64,000 nucleotides of DNA from Haliotis rubra. Taxonomy: Eukaryota. The DNA lies in the NCBI RefSeq assembly GCF_003918875.1, contig NW_025766968.1, forward strand, positions 7,626,001 through 7,690,000. Direction: 5' to 3'. This document shows, piece after piece, positions 10,572 through 22,017 of the stretch. Within the stretch, counting starts at the first letter, position 1, and each line of letters starts with the position of its first letter. The position numbers and the translations under genes are program-made. The notes under the pieces are model-generated. The model was not told where the DNA came from, did no database searches, and saw nothing but the letters and a program-made list of their open reading frames with translations.

Positions 10572-13500
10572 ATGGGATGTGGAACGAGTTTTCCTGTGAT
10601 TCCTCCAGATCGCAATTTAGCATCGACAGTCGAAGAACCCCACCTGCCTGAAGAAAACGATAGCGGGATTTTGGATGCGGACTCCGTTGATGGAGCCATC
10701 GAGTCCAACGGTAACACGGAGTTGGTAGAAGGTACATCTGACATTCAACTGATACAGACCCAAGAGGAACCAGGGTTACCTACTCCTAGCAAACCACTTG
10801 ACCAGACTCCAACCCTATTGTCTACAATGAGTACGGATATACCTCCTTTCAATCAAGACTGTCTGAAGTTAGCTCAGCAGTTAGTCACCAAACATCCTCT
10901 GTTAAAATCCGGGTTTGAAGACATCAACTCCTTAGTAAATGCTCTCGAAGACGACCCCGCTTTGGCGTCAAACGGAGAACAGATTAGGGTGCTCGCACAT
11001 AAGGCAATAGGACTTTCATACGTGAACAAGGATGAGTCCCACAGACAGATATTTGCAGAGTACCTGTCTTACACGCGTGCTGCAGATGCTATATACAAGG
11101 CGTATAGTTTGTATCTTAAAGCCAGGAATCTTGAGTTCTTGACGGATAAAGTAGCTCGAGCACAGCTGACGTCAGAGGGAAGCTACCAATTTGTCCGTGA
11201 TATTAGGGGGTTGTTGTGGAACTACACAGACGCCAGTGTCCAGTTCGGCGAGAGGGTCTGCAACAGTGGCCTCCTGCGATATTTTGTGGGGGACCTGGAG
11301 GCTGTTCTGAAAGAAGCTGGTAGCCCTGACAATGTATGTACCAAGCCTTCAACATTGCATCATAAGAGATCGTTCATAATTTATGGCTGTGTGGTGTGTG
11401 TGGTGGTGTGGTGATGATGAATTTAAGGGGGGTCACCCATTTTGTTCTGGGGAGGTGGGGTGGGGACGGTCATCAATTTTGTACACATGTACTAGAGGTG
11501 GGTGGGGTGGGTTGTGTTTGTACATGACATCCAAGGGGGAAGGGGCACATGGTTCTCCATAAAATCATCATTCTCCAAACCATCTTTATCAAGGGTGTAG
11601 AGAAACAACTGTGGATGTAGTCAAACTGTTGTAATACTGTATGCAATCTTTGTATTATTTTTGTGTGACATACATTAACATGATGTTAAATGTTACTTTG
11701 ATTTATAAGATATGAAGCGAGAGTTTAGGCGATACAGTAGCTACAAGACAAGCAAACAACGATAGGACGAAGTGTATAGCGATGGTTGACAGACTGTAAT
11801 TGCGGAGTGTGGATTAACGGACTGTTTTGAATCTGTGCTATCTATCAAGTGTGGATCTTTGTTGACAAATTATGAATCAAAGCGTGTTGACCAGTTGCGA
11901 ATGCGTTTTAATGATTTTTATTTGTACATCTGCATTTACGACCAACTGTAAATCTTTGTTGAAGATCCATCATTAATAGTTTTTGATGGTTTGTTGCTTC
12001 TGTGAAGATCCGGGTTAGAATTGGTCTTGAGCAACCCATGCTTGTCGTAAGAGGCGTCTTAAAGGATTCGGTGGTCAGGCTCGCTGACTTGGTTGATGCA
12101 TGTGATCGTATCAGAGTTGCGTAGATCGATGCTCATGATGTTGATTACTGGATTGTCTGGTCCAGACCCGTATATTTACTGATCGCCGTCATATATAAAT
12201 GTATATGGAATATTGCTGAGTGCGGCATTCAACAAACAAACAACAATTAATGGTTTGCTGAGTATTTCTAATGACGGCCTGTTGTTCATCCTTGATGTGC
12301 AGGTATCCGTACGTGACTCCTTCTTCCGGTCTGCTAGGGGTGTCCTCCACAACTGCACCAACAACCCCATCACCCGCCAACCTATCAGGGAACTGGGAAC
12401 AGTATCTGTTGCCATGGGCTACCTCAAAGGTGAAGCCCCAGGTGAGTGGCGCCGACAGGAATGAAATACTGCAATATATACAATATATTTCTGTATATGC
12501 TATATCTGTCGACCTATAAATATAGTTAGTAGTGCCATATCCCAAACAAATATCTTTAATTACTCTTGACGTGAAGATCCAAAGAATGAATCGGTATGAA
12601 GAAAGCTGTGGTAGTCGAAAGAAGCAACTAACGGGATCGAGTGGTCAGAGTCGTTGACGTGGTTGATGCATGTGATCGTATTCCAATAGGGCTCGTAAGT
12701 AGGTCACGGTACTTCGCGAGACCTCAGTACTTCCGGTGACAAACAGCGTTTCAAACCTTTTCGATAGGCCTCATGGCTGTCAGGAACCGATAATACTTGC
12801 AGGAATAACAAATTTCCGATCAAGCCATCCCCAAATTAGGCAAGTATTACGACTGTCAACATCTGTCCGGTCTAGTAAACTCATATTTGGCCCTATTGCT
12901 TACACGTTAATCGAGGCTCATGATTATGATAATATAATTTGTCCTCAGACCATAGGAAGTTTCTGTATTTACAATTTGTCCCAAATAGCTTGTGACAAGT
13001 CATAAATCACACCTTCTAAGAAACAAAATGGCAGCATTCTGAGAATGATAAGTTCCAGATTTGCTGGATGGGGTAATATTCTACTAGGCATTTTGATGTT
13101 ACTTCCTAAAATCTTGTACCATGGGACCCGCTTCACAAACCAAGCTATGTACATTTACAAAGTCTATCAGGGGACGTTTGGTTAACCTACAGAGGGGTAC
13201 AATGTGTGAAGCCCATAACTGGTATCCTCCATTATGACACTGCAGAAATAACTAGACGTAAAACTAGACTCACTCACTTCAGAGTCTTTGAATTTTCCAC
13301 CTTTCTTGATTCAACAGAAATTAAAATGATGATTCTTCTGCTGCTGGCGAGCATAATCGACGAGGATGACAATAAAGCTCTTCTAGCAGACAGAACCGTC
13401 TTTACCATAATGTTGAACATGATCTTGTACGCCTGGAGAGATCAACGTCATCGCTGCAACGGCTTCTCTGCGTCTGAGCTGATAGCCGGGCTCACGGGAC

Positions 13501-16500
13501 TGGCGAAGAATGACGACAATAAGAAGATCCTCACAGAGAAGGGAGCGATCAATGTACTAATGACTGTGATGCAGGAAGGATCGGATGATGAGCGAGAGAA
13601 GGCAGTTCAGTGTGTTTGGGAGCTTGCATTCGACAAGGATAATCAACGGATATTTTTGGTAGGTCGTTAAAGTGAAGTCTTATGGGTTCATGATCATGTT
13701 ATGTTATATGCATGTACAAAGAGTGAGAGAGTGAGTTGGGTTTTACGCCGTTTTTAGCAATGTTCCAGCAATATCACGGCGGGGGACACCAGAAATGGGC
13801 GTCACACATTGTACCCATGTGGGGAATCGAACCCGAGCCTTCGGCGTGACGAGCAAACGCTTTAACCACTAGCCTACCCCACCGCCCCGCATGTACAAAG
13901 AGCCTAGCATTTATTGAAAAATGGTTTTCAGTTAATGAATCACCACTTCTTATAGATATGGGGGCGGTGGGGTAGCCCAATGGTTAAAGTGTTTGCTCGT
14001 CACGCCGAAGACCCGGGTTCTATTCCCCACATGGGTACAATCTGTGAAGCCCATTTCTGGTGTCCCACGCCTTTCTATTGCTGGAATATTGATAAAAGCG
14101 ACGTAAAACCATACTCACTCATTCATAAGTCTACGTTCGCCTTAGCGTTAAACAAAACTCACTCTTATAGATATGAGTGTGGGTTAATGAATGTGGTGGG
14201 GTAACCTATATAGCTAGGGGTTAACGTACTTGCTTGTCTCGCCGTAGACCCGGGTTTAATTCCTCACATGGCTACAATGCGTGAAGCCAATTCCTGATGT
14301 CCTCCGGGCGCGATATTGCTTTAACACCGCTCATAGCGATGTCCGTACAAATCAATCATTCAGTCAAATAATTATAATCAAATTATTTTACAATGATTAA
14401 CGATTTCATGTTCTCAAATATGACTGAAATTGACATCCAGTACTGGTTTCATCGTTTATCCATCTTTTAAATAGATCACGATCTTTGGAGTGACGGATGT
14501 GCTTTGTTTTTAAAGAACTACAATAATCTTATTTGTCCCTATTTGTTCTGATGTTTAGTTATGTTTTCAGGAAAACGCTCAACTGATGGCAACACTGAGA
14601 AAACTGAACGGGTCACTAAACAAGAAACTGTCCAAAGTTTCCGGGGGCGCTCTGTGGGCTATCACCCAGGAGGAGAAGAGAGAGAACCAGAGTAAGAGAA
14701 CGTCCATTTTTTACTGGACATTTATTTTTGAAAAACCTATTTCATTTTAACCAGTACAATGAGACAAAACATCGCTTGAAGTTGATCCTCCTCTCACAGA
14801 AACATGCCTGTTTGAAGGAGTTCCTCTTCCCAGAATATTTAATGTTGCGTCCCCACCAAGCATTTTAATGTAATAAAAGGCGATTAAATGTTAAATATTG
14901 ACGACACTTTGACGTCTCCTCCCAAATTTAACTGTCACTGAACTGAAAGATTGTTATGACATGGCACTTTGTAAATTGTTTCTAAAGATTGTATCCCACG
15001 TTCATTTCGAGCAGAATTGAAGAAGAAAGATGTGGCGAAGAAGGACGAAAAGGTGCAGGATGCAGGTCATATTATGATCAGTTATCAGTGGGCGGATCAG
15101 AAAATGCTTATCAAGGTATGTTTCTTGTACTCCGACATGAACCTTGTTAGATATATTCTTCTTATGTCTATAGATCTATACGAGGCTTTGTCTATAATTC
15201 GCTGTGTGGACTGTGTCCATTTGACGTGCAGGAAAGCTTGATCATTGGCTCGTATCCTGGCTATATTTCCACAGCATTTTGGGTTTCAACAAAGTGGTAA
15301 AAATGCTACTTGGGGTTTTCCGTTCCGACACTGAAATACTGCTCAAAGCAGCGTTAAAGCAAACAAATCCGATCTTATTCTTCTAAATAATAAACTTGTC
15401 TTTAAGGTGAAGGAGTTTTTGAAAGGCCACAACTTTAAGGTGTGGATGGACATCGACAACATGGAGGGGTCCACGCTGCAGGCGATGGCGGAAGCCGTTC
15501 AGAACGCCTCTGTGGTGTTGGTGTGTATGTCGGAGAGGTACAAGCTGAGTCAGAACTGCAGGTCAGGTGGGTAGGACAACTACAGTAGTTTCAGTTGTAT
15601 TACAGGCCGATATGAATGGCCCATTTAACACAATATTCACACCAGTAGTGGTTAAACAGTTAGAGGTGTGAAGGATCAGTGGCACTGCATTCAGCAGTTC
15701 TTGAATTGTCTCAGGACACTTGCGACTTGGTCGACACATCGTATCCAAAATGCATCTTCTTTCAGGGGCATTTTAGAAGTTTTAAAGATGAAGGAAAACC
15801 AAGTTGTATGGATTGTCAACTTCTTTATTGCAATGAATGCGACGTTTCGGTGTAGGTACTCACACCGTTGTCAAGCAGGTGCTTCAGCAAGTGTTGGACA
15901 ACGGTGTAAGTACCTGCACCGAAATGTCGTATTCATTGCATATGACATAGGTTTCCGTCATCACTGGATTGTCTGTTCCCGACTTGATTATTTGCAGATA
16001 GCTGGAATAACAACAAATAAACAAACAAGCTCTTGCGAAGGTTTCATGCGTCGCACACTGTGCATGTCTTAGCCGTCCCAGTAACCAGTGTTCATGGGTT
16101 CGAATCCCAAATTGTTCCTGATTCAGTATATCGATTTTTTCAGAACTATACCTGGCAAGGTTACCGAGGAGGCAAACAACGTAAACAGGTTTTGTCACAA
16201 TCAAGCTGACATACTGTAAAACTTAAATACTTACACAAACTTTAAATCCAGCTCACTCGTACCCAGTTTCGTACATACAGACCGGTTTGTGACAAATAAC
16301 AATCTGGATGATAAGACGTCCATATTACAGTTGTAGACGACATGTCTGCCCAATATCTGACAGCTTTAGCAAGCACGTGATCATGGAACAAGTCACTTCC
16401 GGTTCAACCCACAAAGGAGAGTTAATTCTAAACTTATCCTCGAATGGACATTATTTTTCTAATCCTAAAGGGACCATATCTTTCGATCATATCTTTAAAG

Positions 16501-18620
16501 GGACAGTTACCTCCAATCTAATCCTTGAAGGGATAGTTACTTCCGGTGTAATTCTTCAAGAGACTGTTATTTTCCGATATAACCTGACTGGGTGATTAGG
16601 GACATTTTCAACTTATATTTCAATTTTTGAGCCCTGTTCCATGTCACCCTTAGTCTCAGATTAGCAGGAGACCCTGAAAGTAAAGTAAATCCTCCATCCT
16701 CACTCAGTCAGTTTTGAAAAACAAAACAAATATGGGCTCACAAAAACAACAGTTCTTTGACCTCCTAGCTTACTTTGCCTCCATGTACGGTGATACAGAA
16801 CTATACCTAAGAGGATTTGCTGGAAACATTTTATCACATAGAACCTGACTCAAGCGATTTTACATTACAGAAGCTGAGTATGCCTTTGACCTCAGGAAGC
16901 CCATAATACCCCTTCTTCTACAGAGAGACTACAAGCCCGATGGCTTTCTGGGATTGATCAAAGGGGCAAAACTCTTCTTCGACTTCAGCGGAAAATACCC
17001 TTTCGAAAAGAAAGCTTCGGAGTTGGTGAAGGAACTTGGTGCTCGAGGCAAGGCAGGGTCGTCAGCCGATAGTATTGACGTGAGTGACAACATTTCTGTC
17101 CAGTCAGATTCGTACGTGAAACACCTATGTCCTTAAACGAGCTTTACTGGTGTGTTTTTCATCTGACAATAGCTTTTCAGCGGATTTATATCTCAAATGA
17201 TACATAGCAACGGTAATGCCATCGTTTTCTCGAACATAAACAATATCTCGTGGGTATAAAGGCGAAGTGTGAAAAAGCAGCGATTTTGACGTACTGGGAA
17301 AACTGTAGTCATACCAACCTCGATTTAAGAATCCCTGGGACAAAGAATTAATCTTTGTTTAGGTAGAACCTTCGAACTGCACTCTGAAGGAGAAAAAGAA
17401 ACGTCATCTTTGTTATTTACGAATGATATAATACCACATTTAAAAATATATTCAGTAACAACGGATACACCGTTTTCAGTATCTTTCAAGTTTTTTTAAA
17501 GAATATCACTCTAAAACAATGATTCTGTTACTACAGATATTGGTTAATCAGGGCGAATTCCCTTGATTGGTACCGTCAGGATTAACGAGATTTCCCTTTA
17601 CTCAGCGTCTTTATGAATATCTCATTGTTACAGGTTTCTTCCAAATTGTTTCAGGGGGAGACAACTGCAGTTGTGAAGTCCCAACCGTCTGATGCTGGTC
17701 GGGGCGCGAGTGGTACAGCCAACTGGTCACAAAAAGATGTCCAAAACTGGCTTTGTAAACTGAACTTGGAAAAGTAAGTATCTGATAAACATTTGACAAT
17801 GGGAACAAGTTTCATCGTAGTCGTCTTATCAATTGACGGAGCTCTATGCTTCAGATTAGTGAGATATTTGAATGTTAATTTTGATTCAAGAGTTGCGGCC
17901 CTTACCTGTGTGAGGACTTGCTGTTGTTGAATCACCTTATAGTGTTTTCAGTGGTCATATCAAACATTTGTCTCACACAGTGCTGTCCAAGACTGTTACA
18001 CTTAGTGTTTTTTCAGTTTTACAACCACCATGAACGAGTTGAGGGACTTTGTCGCTGTTGGAGTGGAACAAAGTCACTGAGATGAAAGCATGATGTATGT
18101 TGAATTTGTCCAGGTTCAGAATATTTCTGCTCCCTTATTCAGTGATCGTTTTTCAGACATTCTTCGCTGAAAGGTCTCACCGGAAAGCAGTTGATGTTTC
18201 TTCATAAGATATCGTACAAGGTAAACAAGTGGATACTTCAAAGTGGCTGTATATATTCATAATATCACATCACGATTCTTCACGAATCAAATTCGGGATA
18301 ATTAAATTTAGTATAAAGTTTTCCAATCCTCTCTTTATGTGTCTTGACTTTGTTAATCCAAACGAAAAAAGAATTGTTTAAGGGTTCATTTTTAGCGTTC
18401 TGGTTGATAATGGTTAAAAGGATATGGTCACTTACTTTTGAATATGAGCACTGACTAAAGCAGATATTCAGAATTTCACAGGGTTCAATTACTGCTCAGC
18501 GATAAAATTCTCTTTTGTTTACAGGCACCAGAATTCTTCTACAATTACATCAAAAATGACCTGAAGTTGAGCAGTCTGGAAGATCTGATGATCTTCAGTG
18601 AGGCTGTGGAGAATTTGTAA
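10572..18620 (+). CDS. Paralog A: myristoylation-motif ARM-repeat / TIR / SAM-like protein, 703 aa, 10 coding exons
   Basis: Exons 10572-11333, 12303-12441, 13318-13658, 14571-14691, 15015-15115, 15407-15566, 16871-17079, 17655-17773, 18157-18220, 18525-18620 (TAA). All introns GT-AG, phases 0,1,0,1,0,1,0,2,0; 2112 nt open. Starts MGCGTS. ARM-like motifs LLWNYTD, GVLHNCT, GLTGLAKNDDNKK, AVQCVWELAF, GALW. TIR GHIMISYQW..VWMDID..VVLVCMSERYKLSQNCRSEAEYA..IIPLLLQ. SAM-like WSQKDVQNWL..LTGKQLMFL..APEFF. Confidence 0.93.
11362..11580. mobile_element. MITE-like element in intron 1 of gene A
   Basis: TIR-like TAAGAGATCGTTCATAATTTATGGC; body GGGGGGTCACCCATTTTGTTCTGGGGAG shared with 26944-27072. Confidence 0.6.
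12001..12245 (+). mobile_element. Family-2 short retroposon, near full length
   Basis: GTGAAGATCCGGGTTAGAATTGGTCTT..CCCATGCTTGTCGTAAGAGGCG..GGAATATTGCTGAGTGCGGC and (AAAC)n tail. Confidence 0.85.
13724..13888 (-). mobile_element. Family-1 tRNA-SINE
   Basis: Full length; 14-bp TSD GCATGTACAAAGAG at 13710-13723 and 13889-13902. Confidence 0.92.
13961..14163 (+). mobile_element. Family-1 tRNA-SINE (a degenerate copy follows at ~14195-14360)
   Basis: GGGGCGGTGGGGTAGCC..GGTTCTATTCCCC; TSD CTTATAGATATG at 13949-13960 and 14164-14175. Confidence 0.9.
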
Positions 18621-21047
18621 ATGATTATAGTTTACTATAATCAACTGAATCAATGCTCGACCAGGGGTAACCCTTCGCCAGCCTGTCTCTATGTGATCTT
18701 CATTCGTATGGCGCAAACTTACATACTTCGAGCATCTGTGACTCAACCTGTTGATATAATGATGTACATGGAGTCTGAACACTCTAATCATATCAGGACA
18801 CTGGATCAACTTTCAAGAGAGGAGTCACTTGTGCCATCTACCTACATGGGATATGAGCCCATCACTGGACCTTGTTTCACAAAGTAGTCGTAGCTTTACG
18901 AAGTCGTAATTCCTATTTCCTATGCTTTAACATGCGCTTTCTACAGTCGTGGCGCTAAGGGGAACGTAACACAAATATTATAACACTTACTTGCGAGAGC
19001 CAAAGAGCTAAGGTGATCGTACTTCAATACTAACATAGGGTTACGACAACCGCAGCGCTTAGATAATTGTAACTCCGATACTTTCACGTAGGCTGACAAC
19101 ATTAGCGCTAAGGTGATCGTAATTCTTATACTTAAAACAGACTTACGACAGTCGTTGCGCTTCGCTTTGTGTTACGGAGCACTGCAGCGGGCAGTAACTC
19201 GACATGTCGACATTACGATACTGCTTGTTACTTGTATATTTCTACATTGTAGAATGTGAGTATAGGACGAGCTACCAGCACTGGTGTAGGAGTAACTCGA
19301 CATGTCGACAGGACAATTACTGTGTTGGTTTACTACTCCATCAGCGCAGACGCCTACTTCGATGTATTTCCTCGATAAAACAGGGTATTGATGGCGAACA
19401 GTCTCCACTACGTCACCTAAGAATGTGAAAACGTTATTGTATATTTATAATTGTTATGAATGACATCTACGCATACCCATAAAAATGTTTTTTCTTTCCC
19501 CTCTGTTTTCACTGAGAGAGAGAGAGAGGGGGAGGTCATAATGAAACATCAAAAGTGAAGTTGACAGACTCTTAAGTTGGTAATAGACATAGTTTGTGAA
19601 CACATAGGAACAATTTTTTTTATTGTTTTGCCAGCTAGTCAAGGCATGTTGTGTTGAATGGCTGTTGTTAACACTTCATTATACTCAGCCTGAGTAGTAA
19701 ATGAGGTTCTGTTAAGGGTTAGGCAAAGAGTTGATATAGAATACAAATTAACACGGATTGAACTGAATAAAAAACAATTCAGTTTGGTGGAGGGCAATGA
19801 AATGATATACTTTTAATGATAAACATATAATATTATTGAATAAAACAAATATAGTTTAGAAAAAGTTAGCACTCAATCGATTAGAATGGCGACATGTGTA
19901 CGTGTTGTATACTGTGTAGGGTCGGCACCCTTTGTTCATGGGTCATGATGACATTCCATGAATTACCTCGTCTTTACCAACTAAGAATTTATTTCAATCT
20001 CTCGCACATACATCTACTAATAACTATACTCTAACATTATGACAACTCGGATATGTAAGACACCAAGAGACATGGTGGATGTGGTTATTCTTTGTGGTCA
20101 CATAAATGCACTTATTTAATTCTGGGCGACAAAGTTGTGACAATGACATCGCAAGATAAAGCTGTCTGCTCAAGCCATATGAAATTAGCACAAAAATCAT
20201 GTTTGGAGAAAATAGCGTATGAAATACACGGTAGCCAATTGTAGTCGGATAAATTGATTTTACAAGTTAAAATGCACAGCTCTCATAATTTCTCCGTTTC
20301 CAGCATAACTGAAACAAATAGGTTCATGAAAGTCAGACATTTGCTTTGTTTGTCGGAAATTCAATCCACCACACTGTTAAATGTGCCTGAATACTGGTAC
20401 CGTTTTCAGCTGACATTTTAGCACACACGACAACAACAAAAATAATATATACATACAAATATTATTTAAAACGTTCGGCTTTATTTCATGAAACATTATC
20501 AATACATCAGACAAAGTATATAAAAATGGATAAAGCCTATTTTACAAGTAATTATTTAAGACCCATACCTTCATTGTGCCACTCTGGTCCTGTATTGAAC
20601 TATTTTGCACATACATACTGATATGTTCATTCATTTAACATATCAGTTATAATAACCTTTGTAATATCTGTGCGAGTTACCGTCGAGTTATGACTATGTT
20701 TTGACTATTGGAGTATGACTTTGCGAGACAATACGGACAATTAATATAAGTCGCTCTTGAAGAGAAAGAATTAAGAATGATAAAACTGCGTCCGTCTTCC
20801 AATTTACAATTCTTTAAAAAAATTGAACCATATCTCTTACCAGGCGAAAGCGTAACTAATTTGACTTGAATGAATATATTATGCCATAAGTATATTTTAT
20901 TGCAGTTTCAGATTCTCTTCCCCTTTTTTTTCATGCAAGTTTGCGTAAAGCCATGTAATCAAACCGCCAACGTGATAAGAAAATCATTGATATAATACCA
21001 GAAACCAACTATCACGGGCCACCAACCCCCGGGTGTAAGGTTTGAAG

Positions 21048-21470
21048 ACCCGTGAATCCGGGTGGGAATGGGTCCTCAGCAAGACATGCTTGTTGTGAGA
21101 GGCGACTAACGGGATCGGGTGGTCAGACACAACCGTGATGTTTAGACACGATTATTATTATGTTTTACAGAAGGATTAAGATGAAAACGCAGCAGAGAGG
21201 GTTCGGGTTATCCTGGCACAGTCAGGCTGGTAAAGCTCATCATCAGATCACGGCCCTTGCCCCCTCTACACGCAGCCCAGACAGCGAATGGGACTTCTCC
21301 AAGGAAACGCTGCCTAGTCGAACCCACCAAGAACTGTCTGGAGAATATGTAGACACCCCAACACTGCAGCCTTCTGCATTACCCAGAGAGACACGATTAT
21401 TACCATTATTACGGTTATTATTCTTCATATAGCTGTAATATTGCTGCATGCGGCGTTAAACTACAAACAA
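21048..21470 (+). mobile_element. Family-2 retroposon interrupted by a ~300-bp insertion
   Basis: Head ACCCGTGAA..GAGGCGACTAACGGGATCGGGTGG at ~21048-21127; tail CATATAGCTGTAATATTGCTGCATGCGGCGTTAAAC at ~21426-21470. Confidence 0.6.
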
Positions 21471-21674
21471 GTAAATACACTACGAACAGCTGGGTGTGAA
21501 ATGGACATGGCGTATATACAGAGAACACCTCCCCCACCCCCAAAAACGAATAAAAACAACAACACCAAACAAGTATTGATCACAGAATTAACCGATAATA
21601 CGTTAATGTAATGTTCGGGATCGCCATCCCTCGGTGAACGTTGATCATCGGTGTGTACCGCAGTTTGTCTATGA

Positions 21675-22017
21675 GTGAGTATGGATTTACGCCGCTTTTA
21701 GCAGTATTCCAGCAATATCACGGCGGGAGACACCAGGAATGGGCTTCACACATTGTACCCGTATGGGGAATGGAACCCGGGTCTTCAGCGTGACGAGCGA
21801 AAGCGTTAACTACTAGGTTACACCACAGCCCAGTTTGTCTATGAAAGACTGACTGACTGAGTTTGGTTTTACGCCGCTTTTAGCAATATTCCAGCAACAT
21901 CACGGCGTGGGACACCAGAAATGGGCTTCACGCATTGTACCCATGTGGGGATTCGAACCCGGATCTTCGGCGTGACGAGCCAACGCTTTAACCACTTATA
22001 GGCTACCCCACCGCCCC
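21675..22017 (-). mobile_element. Two tandem full-length family-1 SINEs (21675-21830 and 21849-22017)
   Basis: Overlapping TSDs: CAGTTTGTCTATGA (21661, 21831) and TGTCTATGAAAGA (21836, 22018). Confidence 0.92.
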
